Shown piece after piece: positions 1-10,544 of a stretch of 64,000 nt of DNA. A program made the translations under genes and the position numbers. The DNA comes from Candidatus Delongbacteria bacterium (GTDB lineage: Bacteria > CAIWAD01), in the NCBI GenBank assembly GCA_963663545.1, contig OY760505.1, positions 576,001-640,000 of the forward strand, written 5' to 3'. The notes beneath the pieces are model-generated. The model saw nothing but the letters and a program-made list of their open reading frames with translations, searched no databases and was not told where the DNA came from. How positions within the stretch are numbered: the stretch's first letter is position 1; every line of letters starts with the position of its first letter.

Positions 1-701
<701 letters not shown>

Positions 702-880
702 TCATGTATCCTTCAGGTTTCGGTTTCACCACCCTTCATTCAACGCCCTGGCTTTCCCGCAGCCGAATTACAGCGTTAGACGAAGCCCGAATATACGAAA
801 GAAACGGGCAGTGGGAGGCTGAAAGTGCCCGAAGCGCATTGGGGTTCCTGAGCCACTACGGGAGAATTGAGCCAGTGCTC

Positions 881-911
881 TTGACAATGCTCTCCTCAGG
901 AAATACATTTG
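881..911 (+). promoter_or_regulatory. Housekeeping promoter for tRNA-Val
   Basis: TTGACA (881-886), 17 bp, TACATT (904-909) extending to TACATTTG. Confidence 0.8.
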
Positions 912-938
912 TCGGTCTGTGATCAAGAACTGACCCGG

Positions 939-1012
939 GGGCGATTAGCTCAGTTGGTTAGAGCGCTGGTCTCACATACCAGAGGTCACTGGTTCGACTC
1001 CAGTATCGCCCA
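939..1012 (+). tRNA. tRNA-Val (anticodon CAC), CCA not encoded
   Basis: Acceptor stem GGGCGAT/ATCGCCC, D-arm AGCTCAGTTGGTTAGAGC, anticodon arm CTGGT-CTCACAT-ACCAG, T-loop GGTTCGACTCC. Confidence 0.96.
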
Positions 1013-1014
1013 TT

Positions 1015-1046
1015 GCAAGCCCCGCCACCGGGGCTTGCTGCTTTTT
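1015..1046 (+). terminator. Rho-independent terminator after tRNA
   Basis: GCAAGCCCCG-ccac-CGGGGCTTGC followed by TGCTTTTT. Confidence 0.75.
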
Positions 1047-1101
1047 GGCCCTTTGTATCACATCGGTTTGCTTGTGTCACATTCCCGCTGGGAGATCCCG
1101 C

Positions 1102-2745
1102 ATGAATGGCGCTCTGCTTCTACTGCTCTCCATCCTGGTGCTGGCGGCTGGATATCTGGTGTATGGCCGATTCCTGGCGCGCTATCTCAAACTCGACAAC
1201 TCCCGACCGATGCCCAGTACGACACGCGCGGATGGTGTTGATTTCGTTCCCGCACGCACCCCGGTTCTGTTGGGCCACCATTTTGCTTCGATTGCGGGCG
1301 CGAGTCCTATTGTCGGGCCCGTGCTGGCCGCTGTCTTCGGCTGGCTTCCCGTCTGGCTCTGGATCCTCATCGGCGGCGTGTTCATGGGCGCCGTACACGA
1401 TTTTGTCTCTCTAGTCGCCTCCGTGAGACATCGCGGCGAAAGCATCGGCGTGCTCATCGAACGCTACATGGGTCGCAAAGGCAAGCTGCTCTTTCTGCTC
1501 TTCTGCTGGCTTACGCTGCTGCTGGTCATCGCCGTCTTCACCATTCTTGTATCACGCACTTTCGTTGCTGAACCCGCCAGTGCGTCAGCCTCGCTGCTCT
1601 TTATTCTGCTGGCAGTGGTTTTCGGCCTGCTGCAGCGCCTAACGCGCTTTGGGCTTGGCACATTGACCCTCATCGGCGTGGCGCTGCTCTTTGCCCTGAT
1701 GGCTGCAGGCCAGCACTGGCCGCTGGACCTGACACCGCTGTTAGGACAGGCAGGCACCATTGCCCTCTGGCGTTGGGTATTGCTGGGCTATGTCTTCGTG
1801 GCCAGTGTCACACCCGTGCACATGCTCCTGCAGCCGCGTGATTACCTGAACAGCTTCCTGCTCTACGCCATGATGCTGGCGGGCATCGTCGGGATTTTTG
1901 TGCAGGCGCCCGTGATACAATTGCCCGCGTTCACGTCCTTCTACAGCGACAAGCTGGGTGGCCTCTTCCCCATGCTCTTTGTTACCGTCGCCTGCGGTGC
2001 TATTAGCGGCTTTCACAGCCTGGTAAGCTCAGGGACAAGTGCGCGGCAATTGCGCCGTGAGGGTGACGCGCTGCCCGTAGGCTTCGGTTCAATGCTCATC
2101 GAGAGCCTGCTGGCAATCATCGCCTTGGTAGCGGTGGCCTCGACGATGAATGCAAGCGAATGCGCGGCGGTACCGGGTGGCGAGGCGGTTGCGGTTTTCG
2201 CCCGCGGCATGGCCGCCTTCACTCAGGGACTTGGGATTCCCGCAGCAACCGGCATCACCTTCTTCAGCCTTGCCATCAGTGCATTTGCGCTGACCAGCCT
2301 GGATACGGCCACGCGTCTGGGTCGTTTTCTGTTTGAAGAACTGGCCCTGACAATTCGACCCGCTTCGACACTGGCTCGCAACCGCTATCTTGCGACTCTG
2401 GTGACCGTTGCAGGAGCCGCCTGTCTGCTTTTCAGCCCGGCGGGGCTCAGTATCTGGCCGATCTTCGGAGCAGCCAACCAACTGCTGGCAGCGCTGGCCC
2501 TGCTAACCTTGTCGGTCTGGCTGTCACACGAGAGCAAGCGCAGAAGTTTCGTCGTACTGCCCATGCTCTTCATGTTCCTGGTCACCGTCAGCAGTCTGGT
2601 GTTGCTTGTGATACACAACACGCGTAGTGCCAACTGGCTGCTGGTCTTTCTCTCTGCGGCACTGCTGGTCCTGGCGCTGGTGCTGATAGCCATGGCCATC
2701 GGCACGGTGCGGGAAGCGCGAAAGCAGATTCATTCAACGAGGTAG
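1102..2745 (+). CDS. cstA: Carbon starvation protein A (peptide/pyruvate transporter)
   Basis: DGVDFVP, LLGHHFASIAGASPIVGP, GAVHDF, TVACGAISGFHSL, TSLDTATRLGR, IWPIFGAANQLLA motifs; ATG 1102 with GGAG upstream. Confidence 0.95.
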   Translation: MNGALLLLLSILVLAAGYLVYGRFLARYLKLDNSRPMPSTTRADGVDFVPARTPVLLGHHFASIAGASPIVGPVLAAVFGWLPVWLWILIGGVFMGAVHDFVSLVASVRHRGESIGVLIERYMGRKGKLLFLLFCWLTLLLVIAVFTILVSRTFVAEPASASASLLFILLAVVFGLLQRLTRFGLGTLTLIGVALLFALMAAGQHWPLDLTPLLGQAGTIALWRWVLLGYVFVASVTPVHMLLQPRDYLNSFLLYAMMLAGIVGIFVQAPVIQLPAFTSFYSDKLGGLFPMLFVTVACGAISGFHSLVSSGTSARQLRREGDALPVGFGSMLIESLLAIIALVAVASTMNASECAAVPGGEAVAVFARGMAAFTQGLGIPAATGITFFSLAISAFALTSLDTATRLGRFLFEELALTIRPASTLARNRYLATLVTVAGAACLLFSPAGLSIWPIFGAANQLLAALALLTLSVWLSHESKRRSFVVLPMLFMFLVTVSSLVLLVIHNTRSANWLLVFLSAALLVLALVLIAMAIGTVREARKQIHSTR

Positions 2746-2756
2746 TCATCCGGCGC

Positions 2757-5504
2757 GTGTCCTTCATTTTCCGGTTTTCGGTGTTGAGCCTGATCCTTAT
2801 GATCAGCCTTCCTGCGCTTAGAGCACACGCGGCCCGTTCGCATTTCGATCCTGCCGAGTACCTGGGCAACAGCGGTTTTCGCACTCAGCGTGACTCAACC
2901 ATTACCTACAGTGCTGACAGTCTGCATATGGAGATTCAGACCCGGCGCAGTCTGCTGATGGGCAGTGGCAAGCTGGGCTTCCAGAATATGCACCTAAGCA
3001 GTCCGAACATCATGATGGACTGGCGCAGCAACCTGGTAGAAGCCTGGATTTCGGATGAGCAGATGGCCTACGATCGCGCTAGCGCTGACAGCCTGCGTCA
3101 CGAGCAGAAGCTGGAGGTTCCGGTCGAAGTTGACTCGTTGACGATGCCCGTTGACAGCACGCTTGCCGGAGGTAGCACGGTCCAGTTCAATCAGGGCTTC
3201 CGCGATATCGTTCAAACCAATTCGGTCGTCAACGGAAACAAGCCGCTTCACCGCCGTGATACAGGTCTGGACAACTGGCCCGCTTTCGATGATGGTACTC
3301 AGGAGCTTGTCGGCCAGCGGATGACAATGAATATCCGCACACGTCAGGGGCGAGTCGTGGATGGCCGCACCAGCGATGACGAGGGCTTGTATTACGGTCT
3401 TCGCATCAAGCGCGTCCACCCGAGCGAGTTGCACGCCAGCGACGCCGGCTTCACCACGTGTGACGAGACGCATCCGCACTACTGCTTTCACGCAAAGAAG
3501 CTCAAGATGCTCGTCAAGGATCGCATTCTGGCTCGCGACGTCTGGCTCTACTTCGGCAATGTGCCAACGCTTTACACACCGGTGGCAATGGTCAGTCTCA
3601 AGCGAGGTCGTGCCTCGGGACTGATCGTGCCCGGATATGGAAAGACCGACATTCAAGGGCGCAAGCTGAGTCACCTGGGCTGGTACTGGGCCGCCAGCGA
3701 TTACTGGGATACGAAAGTAACCGTCGATTTCGCCGAAAATGGTCCTGACTGGCTCTTCTACAACTACACGCGCTGGAAGACAGACGCCAACAACAGCGGC
3801 ACCGTATCCTATTCCTATGGTATCACACGGACCAGCAACAACACGGGCTGGGATCTGCGTTGGCGGCACAATCAAAGGCTCAATCCCTGGACCACGCTTG
3901 CGGCCAACGTAAGCCTGGCTTCCAGCCGCAGCTATTACCAGGACAACAGCGACAACCTGGCAGGACAGCTTACGCGCCAGCTCACCTCAAGCGCTACGCT
4001 TAACGGCAGCTTCCCGCAGCAGGGTATCCGCTGGACGCTGTCTGCAAACGCTACTCAGGATCTGGAAACCGACTACGTCAATGGTACACTGCCCAGCGCG
4101 CGTATCACGCTGCCGACTTACAATCCCTTTGCAATCGAAGATGACAAGCAACACGGTGCGCTACGGAGCTGGCTGGCCGGAACCGTAATCTCCTACAACG
4201 TGTCCGCCAAGGACAACTTCTCAGGCGACGGCTGGAACATGTCGGAGCTTGAACACGATCGCGGTGTGCAGCACGTCAGTACGCTCAGCATTCCGGGCCG
4301 TATTTCCTATCTCAGCCTCACGCCCAGTATTTCCGGAAGGTCGGACTGGCTTTTTGAGACACAGCATCTCGTTCAGCGCGAAACGGGAGAGTTGGACACG
4401 CTGGAGGAAGGCGGCCTGGCGATTCGTAACACCTTCAATGTTGGTCTCGCCAGCTCCACAGATCTCTACGGCACTTTCTACACGCGTCGGGGCCCACTTC
4501 TGGCGCTGCGCCATGTTGTATCACCGGGTGTCAAACTGACCTGGGCTCCCGATTTCAGCAAGGATTTCTGGGGCTACTACGATAGCGCCGACTACGTAGA
4601 CAGCTCCGGTGTGACACAGCATGTAATCCTGGACCGCTTCAGCGGGTCGCTCTACGGCTCTACGCCCAACCGGGATGCGCTTTCACTGGCGATGAGCCTC
4701 GATCAGGTTTTCCAAGGCAAGTTCCGCAGCCGTGCAAAGGAAGACACACTGACAGGCACCCGATCCAGCGAACCGCTCCGTATGGATCTTCTGGGCCTCA
4801 ACAGCCGCAGCAGCTACAACTTCCGCGCCGAAGAATTTCGCCTTGCGGACCTCTCCACTTCCTGGCGCATCGACCCGCTACGCCTATTGACAAGCCGATT
4901 GGGCGTGTTACAAACGCTGAGCCTCAGTCTGTCGACCGTCAACAGCTTCTACAAAGTGGACGATGAAGGAAGACGCATCAACCTTTATCGTTGGCAGGAG
5001 GGTCCCGGAAGAGAAGTGTACTGGCCGCGTCTCACACGAACCAACATCACGCTCAGCACAGCCTTCAACGGCAAGGCAAAATCGGGAAGCTATGGCAGCG
5101 TTGTAGAAGACACCGACAATTGGGAGGACGGCCGCTTTCGCCCTGACTTCCTGACGGGAAACAGCGACATCCCCTGGAACATCAGCCTCTCGATGAGCTG
5201 GACAAAATCCACGGCCAATCCACTGCAGATCAGCAGGCAGCATTATGCAAATGCCACCGGCAGCCTGAGCCTGAGCGCCGGTTGGCGTCTTTCCAGCGGA
5301 ATGCAGTATGACTTCATCAATGACACGTTTAACGCCAGCAGCCTGCGCATCTACCGCGACATGCATTGCTGGGAGGGTTCTTTCGTCTGGAATCCGCGCA
5401 GCAGCAACCCAAGTTTTCACTTGCTGATTCGCATCAAAGCTGATGCATTGCAAGACTTGAAATGGGATAAAAAGCGTGGTTCCAGCGCCAGCTACCTGCC
5501 TTGA
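2757..5504 (+). CDS. lptD: Putative LPS assembly protein LptD (FCB type)
   Basis: Signal peptide, ITYSADS, FTTCD..HPHY, C-terminal barrel with RDMHCWE. Confidence 0.8.
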   Translation: MSFIFRFSVLSLILMISLPALRAHAARSHFDPAEYLGNSGFRTQRDSTITYSADSLHMEIQTRRSLLMGSGKLGFQNMHLSSPNIMMDWRSNLVEAWISDEQMAYDRASADSLRHEQKLEVPVEVDSLTMPVDSTLAGGSTVQFNQGFRDIVQTNSVVNGNKPLHRRDTGLDNWPAFDDGTQELVGQRMTMNIRTRQGRVVDGRTSDDEGLYYGLRIKRVHPSELHASDAGFTTCDETHPHYCFHAKKLKMLVKDRILARDVWLYFGNVPTLYTPVAMVSLKRGRASGLIVPGYGKTDIQGRKLSHLGWYWAASDYWDTKVTVDFAENGPDWLFYNYTRWKTDANNSGTVSYSYGITRTSNNTGWDLRWRHNQRLNPWTTLAANVSLASSRSYYQDNSDNLAGQLTRQLTSSATLNGSFPQQGIRWTLSANATQDLETDYVNGTLPSARITLPTYNPFAIEDDKQHGALRSWLAGTVISYNVSAKDNFSGDGWNMSELEHDRGVQHVSTLSIPGRISYLSLTPSISGRSDWLFETQHLVQRETGELDTLEEGGLAIRNTFNVGLASSTDLYGTFYTRRGPLLALRHVVSPGVKLTWAPDFSKDFWGYYDSADYVDSSGVTQHVILDRFSGSLYGSTPNRDALSLAMSLDQVFQGKFRSRAKEDTLTGTRSSEPLRMDLLGLNSRSSYNFRAEEFRLADLSTSWRIDPLRLLTSRLGVLQTLSLSLSTVNSFYKVDDEGRRINLYRWQEGPGREVYWPRLTRTNITLSTAFNGKAKSGSYGSVVEDTDNWEDGRFRPDFLTGNSDIPWNISLSMSWTKSTANPLQISRQHYANATGSLSLSAGWRLSSGMQYDFINDTFNASSLRIYRDMHCWEGSFVWNPRSSNPSFHLLIRIKADALQDLKWDKKRGSSASYLP

Positions 5505-6004
5505 TCTGCTGCAGTGAGTTCGCGTTCCATGTAGACTGCGTCAGGCAGTGGATTATGCCGGTAGGCGCTTGTGTCACGAAAACCAACTCTGTGATACAGC
5601 CTGTTTGCCGCTTCAAGTCGTGTCAGCGTATCCAGGCGCATCAAACGATATCCCCTGAGCCAGGCCTCGTGCAAGAGCTTGCGTACCAGCATCTCTGCCA
5701 GTCCGCTGCCGCGCGCTTCAGGTCGCAGGTACATGCGTTTCATCTCACAGATCTCCTGCTCCAAGGGGCGCAGCGCAATCATGCCAACAAGGTGATACAC
5801 TCCTTGCAGGCGCAATTCTGCCAACAACAGGCATCCACGCGGGGCGGCGTACTCACCGGGCAGTCGCTCCAGCTCAGCGCTGAAATCCTGAAACTCATCC
5901 AGTGAGAAGTTGAACATGCCGGCGTATTCGCGACAGAGGACGCGCACAGCTTCCATCTCGTGGGGTTCCGCTTGGCGGATGCGAGGATCGCTTGATTCAA
6001 CCAT
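5492..6004 (-). CDS. GNAT family N-acetyltransferase
   Basis: CEMKRMYLRPEARGSGLA, MRLDT, ANRLYHRVGF. Confidence 0.92.
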   Translation of the reverse strand: MVESSDPRIRQAEPHEMEAVRVLCREYAGMFNFSLDEFQDFSAELERLPGEYAAPRGCLLLAELRLQGVYHLVGMIALRPLEQEICEMKRMYLRPEARGSGLAEMLVRKLLHEAWLRGYRLMRLDTLTRLEAANRLYHRVGFRDTSAYRHNPLPDAVYMERELTAADQGR

Positions 6005-6037
6005 TGTGCAAAGGTAGGAAAGCGCAAGTGGAGAGCT

Positions 6038-8866
6038 CTACCTGGATACGGGAGTCGTGACCGTATCGCCATCGGGTGTTACGGTTTGCCCTCCCTCCAG
6101 CGCACAAATTCGGTAGAAGCGAAGGGTAGATTCGACGGGCAGCAACTCGTGATACAAAGTATCCGTCTGTGTCCGAACGAGTGTAGCAGGACCCGGCGTG
6201 AAATCGGCCCTGTTACTAGCGTAAATCTGGTAACCACCAATGACCACCGGTCCCTCGCCATACATATCGGTTGTTGGCGCCGACCATTGCAGATACAGCT
6301 CGTTCCCCTGCAATTGAATGTGCAGGTCGTCCACAGCCGCCGGAGGTGCGGGTAGCGTGCGACCATGTATTGCCTGCGACCACGCGCTAATGAAGCCAGC
6401 GTAATCGACGGCGCGAATGCGGATCCAGTGATTGCGGTTGGACTGCAAACCGGTAATGGTAGTCGCCTCGCAATCAGCCTCTGCCAGCGCGGGATCCTGG
6501 TTCCAGTCGAAGATCAGATCCGCCTCATTGAACTGCGGCTGCTTGCTGATTTGCAGTTGGTAGCCGCGGAAAGAGACATCCTCGACGCCCTCGATCTCGA
6601 CGGCAAGACTGTGCCGACCACGTGCACCAAGGATCAGACCGGGCACAGGCGCTGCGGCGGTATCCACGCGTACTAGAATGTCGTCCGTAATGCCCGGATA
6701 GGTCAGGCTGTAACTCGGACCATTTCCCACGGTATCCCAGGACCTGAACTCTACGCGAAACTCGCCGTCGCGCTGCAAGTGCAGGCTCTCTGCCACTTGT
6801 ATCACGCTGGCATTGCTGTACCCCGCAAGCAGCTGCCACTCCTCGTCCGGTCCTGCGTAGCTGCCGTCGCAATTGTAATCCAAGCGCCAGGCCAATTGCG
6901 ACGCATCCACCTCATGCATGGCATCGGAGATGGTTACACCAATTCCCAGGTCGCGCGTCAGTATCCAGGGAGGATCGGGCTGCCCATGGGGGCGGGGTGA
7001 GGAGTAACAGGGCGGCTCGATGTCTGCGTGAACACCAAAGCTCCAATCGTCGCCAGGCCCCTCCAGTCCTTGTGTACCGGAATATCCCCAGTCACTGCCA
7101 TTACACGAGCGCGCGCGAAACTCATAGCGGACCTGAGTTGCATTTGCCCACAACTCCACAGCTTCGCGCAGTGTCAGTGTGCTGTCGTCGAGTCGACCAA
7201 GCGAGGTCCACGCCTCCCCTTCTCCTGAGTAGGTTCCATTGCCGTTGCGATCTATACGCAGCTCGAGGCTGGTCCCCAGTACACCGGCGGGGTGATACAC
7301 CGTTGCGCCCAAGGTGCCGCAGAGGCTATCCCAGACGACGTCCCCCGACCAGGGATCACTGAACTGAGGCGGTAGGGGTAGCGCGCTCAGGAAGTAATCG
7401 TCCAGCCGCCAGCTCGAGGTATACATGTTGAGGGTTCCCAAGAAAACCCAGGCGATCCGCAGCTCCTCTACGTTCAGCCCGGACGGAAGAGAAAGCGCGA
7501 CATCGCCATCGAAGTTTGTATTCCACACTTCCAGCTGGCTCCAAGGCTCACCGTTCACTGAAGTGCGCAGACTATGTGTGCTACCGATGGCGCGGATATG
7601 ATGCTCAAACTCGATGCGCGCCTGCTGCCACCAGCTCAGATCCACGGCTGGCGCAATCAACCACTCGGCATAGGGATAAATGAGGTATTGCTGCCCCGCT
7701 TGAACAGCATAATCACCTCCCCCCTCGCTCATGGCTTGCCAGGGATAAGAACGCGACATGGAGTTGCTTTGGACGGTCCAGTCCTCCGGCATGCTGCCAC
7801 TATGGTTGAAATCCTGTGCTTGCAGGATTTCGCGGTGTACTTCGATATCGATCAGGCAGGGCAACAACACGCTTTGCGAGGCTGCGTACCACAGGCCACT
7901 TTCCTGCTCCAGATACGCACCGCGAATGCCGGTACCGGAGGGTTCACCCGGCGCCCAATTGGTGTAGGAAAGCAGCTTTCCATCGCTCCATTGCCACGTG
8001 GCACCATCGAAGAACAACCCAAGCCAGGCGTCGTTTTCCGCTCGATGCTCCATAAACTGCTGATCGGCGGCATCGACAATCCGGCACAAGTGACCCTGCA
8101 ACGCCAAGGCCGCAGCCTGCGCATCCGTCCAGTTTGCATTCGTCTGACGACAGAGCAACTGGCGCCGAGTACTCGTGCCCAGCCAGGTGCATCCAGCGGG
8201 TAGGCTTTCCGGTCCGACCTCCACTTCAAGAGGCTTGATTACGCAGGCGCTATCGCCACTCTCGGCCCAAACGGTAAGCCGCAGATCGTAAACGCCGGGC
8301 TGCTGATAGGTGTGGACATAGCTCGCACCGCTAGCCCCATTGCCATCGCCAAACTCCCAGCGGCGCCGTACAAGCGGCAACATGCACTGGCTGCGATCGT
8401 GCAGGCTTAGCGTCAACGGCGCCAATCCGTGGACCTCGCTGCTTTGAAAGGCAGCGCTGATGGGTACCGGCGCGTCACAGTACACGTCGGGCAGTTCAAG
8501 CGCACTCGTTGGATTGTCCGTGAAACTCCACAGATACATGAACTGCCCGTAGGGCAGCTCAAGGTGGCAGCTAAGGACCTCCTCTTCGCACCTCAGGTGG
8601 ACGTCCAGCCAAAGCGCGTAAAGGATAAAGGGCAACTCGTCCTGATCCGGAAATCGAAGAATCCACCAGTCGTCGGACGCGACAGGCGCCACAACTACAC
8701 CCGCGATCTCGCCCACCGGCTCCGGAAAACCAAGCCCCACACGACAGCTATCAATACTGGCACCGCCACCGATCTGCGCTGCGCTGACGGCGATCCGCAG
8801 CTCAGCCCGGAGCGGGCTGCCCACTAGGGCAAGCACAAGCAGTAGCCATGCCAGCGTAGCTTTCAT
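6038..8866 (-). CDS. Secreted multidomain protein (PKD, C-type lectin-like, repeated beta domains, FN3-like)
   Basis: Signal peptide MKATLAWLL; PKD WEFGDG..HTYQQPGVY; lectin-like WTDAQAAA..GHL..AWLGL..WSDG..YTNWAPGEP; FN3-like ITGLQSNRNHWIRIRAVD. Confidence 0.8.
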   Translation of the reverse strand: MKATLAWLLLVLALVGSPLRAELRIAVSAAQIGGGASIDSCRVGLGFPEPVGEIAGVVVAPVASDDWWILRFPDQDELPFILYALWLDVHLRCEEEVLSCHLELPYGQFMYLWSFTDNPTSALELPDVYCDAPVPISAAFQSSEVHGLAPLTLSLHDRSQCMLPLVRRRWEFGDGNGASGASYVHTYQQPGVYDLRLTVWAESGDSACVIKPLEVEVGPESLPAGCTWLGTSTRRQLLCRQTNANWTDAQAAALALQGHLCRIVDAADQQFMEHRAENDAWLGLFFDGATWQWSDGKLLSYTNWAPGEPSGTGIRGAYLEQESGLWYAASQSVLLPCLIDIEVHREILQAQDFNHSGSMPEDWTVQSNSMSRSYPWQAMSEGGGDYAVQAGQQYLIYPYAEWLIAPAVDLSWWQQARIEFEHHIRAIGSTHSLRTSVNGEPWSQLEVWNTNFDGDVALSLPSGLNVEELRIAWVFLGTLNMYTSSWRLDDYFLSALPLPPQFSDPWSGDVVWDSLCGTLGATVYHPAGVLGTSLELRIDRNGNGTYSGEGEAWTSLGRLDDSTLTLREAVELWANATQVRYEFRARSCNGSDWGYSGTQGLEGPGDDWSFGVHADIEPPCYSSPRPHGQPDPPWILTRDLGIGVTISDAMHEVDASQLAWRLDYNCDGSYAGPDEEWQLLAGYSNASVIQVAESLHLQRDGEFRVEFRSWDTVGNGPSYSLTYPGITDDILVRVDTAAAPVPGLILGARGRHSLAVEIEGVEDVSFRGYQLQISKQPQFNEADLIFDWNQDPALAEADCEATTITGLQSNRNHWIRIRAVDYAGFISAWSQAIHGRTLPAPPAAVDDLHIQLQGNELYLQWSAPTTDMYGEGPVVIGGYQIYASNRADFTPGPATLVRTQTDTLYHELLPVESTLRFYRICALEGGQTVTPDGDTVTTPVSR

Positions 8867-8987
8867 TGTGTTCCAGATGTTGTTCTCATTGCAGGAAAAA
8901 CCGGTTTCAGAGCTCGGGGAGTATACTTGTTTTGCCTTCAAGTATCATTAGCATTAGCTGTGATTTTCTGTTTTGCTTGAGTGCATT

Positions 8988-10544
8988 TCAGCCGACTGGA
9001 TCCTCTTTCAAGCGACGCCAGTCTCCACTGAGCTTCAACCATCCGAACCAGAGCGCCAGATGCGCGCCCGCTCCCAGCACGAGCTGTTGCAAAGGCGTCG
9101 TTCCTAGACGCGCGGCAGCGAAACAGACGACGCCAGCCACCAGTGCCACCATACCGATGCGCAGCAATCGCATCATGGGATACATGGATCGAATACGGGA
9201 GTTAAGACTGCGCGCCAGTAGCCAGTTGTATACAGCCAGTTCAGCAAATGTCGCCAATGCGGTAGCCAGAGCCGGACCCAGCAAACCGACGGTGCGCACA
9301 AGGAAGAGGCTTAGCCCAAGGTTCAGCAGCAGATCAGAGGAAGAAATGGCCAGCACCCACTTGCCCTTTCCCAGTGTGTTCAGAATCTGCCCGTGGAACA
9401 GCAGCCGCAAGGGAAATAGCAGCAGATAAAGACGGAATGGCCCTGCCGAAAGGGCGTACTCAGGCCCCCATAGGAAGACGTAGAGCGACTCGGCCAGCAC
9501 AAAGAGCATTGTAAACAGCGGCCAGGTGAGCCAGGCCACTTTTTCGATGGCGCCCGCCAGCATGCCACAGATTTCGCCATTGCGTCCCTTGTGCTGCAAT
9601 TCCGAGAGTCTGGGGAGCATGACCGCACTCACACTACCGACGATTACGCTGACCACCGGGACTTCCATGGCACCAGCCTGGTAACGGGCGAAATCGGCTG
9701 CATCCTTGAAGTAGGCGGCGACAACGTTCTTGTCCAGATACACCGCAAGGAAGCCGACGATGGTGGTCGCCGTAATCGGCAGCGTGTACATCAATTGACG
9801 CTTCAGTTGACTCACGCCCAGCCAACGTAATCGCCAGGCCGCCTCGCGATTGACAAGGGCCAGCATCACGTGGGCGCAGATCAGGCGCACCAGGGCCAGC
9901 AGGGTCACCATGATAAAGGCGAAACGAAGGGACGCACTGCCGGAGGGGATCTCAGGCAGCCACTGCGGCAGGTCAGGGAAATTGCCCAGCAGAATGGGCA
10001 CAACGGCACACAGGACAAAAAGCGCGGCCTCGGCCAAGGTGAACAGCGCCAGAATGCGTACCCGTTTGAGAACAATGAACACCGGCTCTACAAAGGCCCC
10101 CGCCACCATGGCAAAAGCGTAGAGGGCAAACCAGCGGTAGTGGCCAATCATCGGCGGACAATTGTAGAAAACGGCCGCATGCGGTACGACCAGTGTCAGG
10201 AACAGCGCGTACAGTAGCCCCAACACAAACAACAAACTGATGCTCTGACTAAGAAAGGTCGCACGGGAGTCGCGCTCGTAACGCGGATAGAAGTAGTAGA
10301 TGGTGCTGGGAATGGCGAAGACAAAGACAAAGAAGAAGGTGTTGAAAAGCAGCCAGGTCTTCTCCCATTCAGCGGTAAAGCCCAACTCGCTGGCGAAAAT
10401 GCGCGCTACCGCCACCTTGACCAGCAATCGCGCAAAGGCCGCGCTGGTGCGACCAACGGAAAGCAGCACACTGTCACGAGTCAGATTCAGCCCCTGTTCG
10501 GTGCTTGAGCTACCGGCAGCGGTGGGTTCAGGACTGCGCTTCAC
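8988..10544 (-). CDS. Oligosaccharide/polysaccharide flippase (Wzx/MOP family)
   Basis: Many TM helices; LDKNVVA, VMLPRLSEL, LFHGQILNTLGK, NLGLSLFLV..GLLGPALAT. Confidence 0.85.
   Translation of the reverse strand: MKRSPEPTAAGSSSTEQGLNLTRDSVLLSVGRTSAAFARLLVKVAVARIFASELGFTAEWEKTWLLFNTFFFVFVFAIPSTIYYFYPRYERDSRATFLSQSISLLFVLGLLYALFLTLVVPHAAVFYNCPPMIGHYRWFALYAFAMVAGAFVEPVFIVLKRVRILALFTLAEAALFVLCAVVPILLGNFPDLPQWLPEIPSGSASLRFAFIMVTLLALVRLICAHVMLALVNREAAWRLRWLGVSQLKRQLMYTLPITATTIVGFLAVYLDKNVVAAYFKDAADFARYQAGAMEVPVVSVIVGSVSAVMLPRLSELQHKGRNGEICGMLAGAIEKVAWLTWPLFTMLFVLAESLYVFLWGPEYALSAGPFRLYLLLFPLRLLFHGQILNTLGKGKWVLAISSSDLLLNLGLSLFLVRTVGLLGPALATALATFAELAVYNWLLARSLNSRIRSMYPMMRLLRIGMVALVAGVVCFAAARLGTTPLQQLVLGAGAHLALWFGWLKLSGDWRRLKEDPVG

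Noticed and set aside
939..1100. tRNA as an integration site for an island
   Set aside because: No integrase and no duplicated tRNA 3' end seen in the window.
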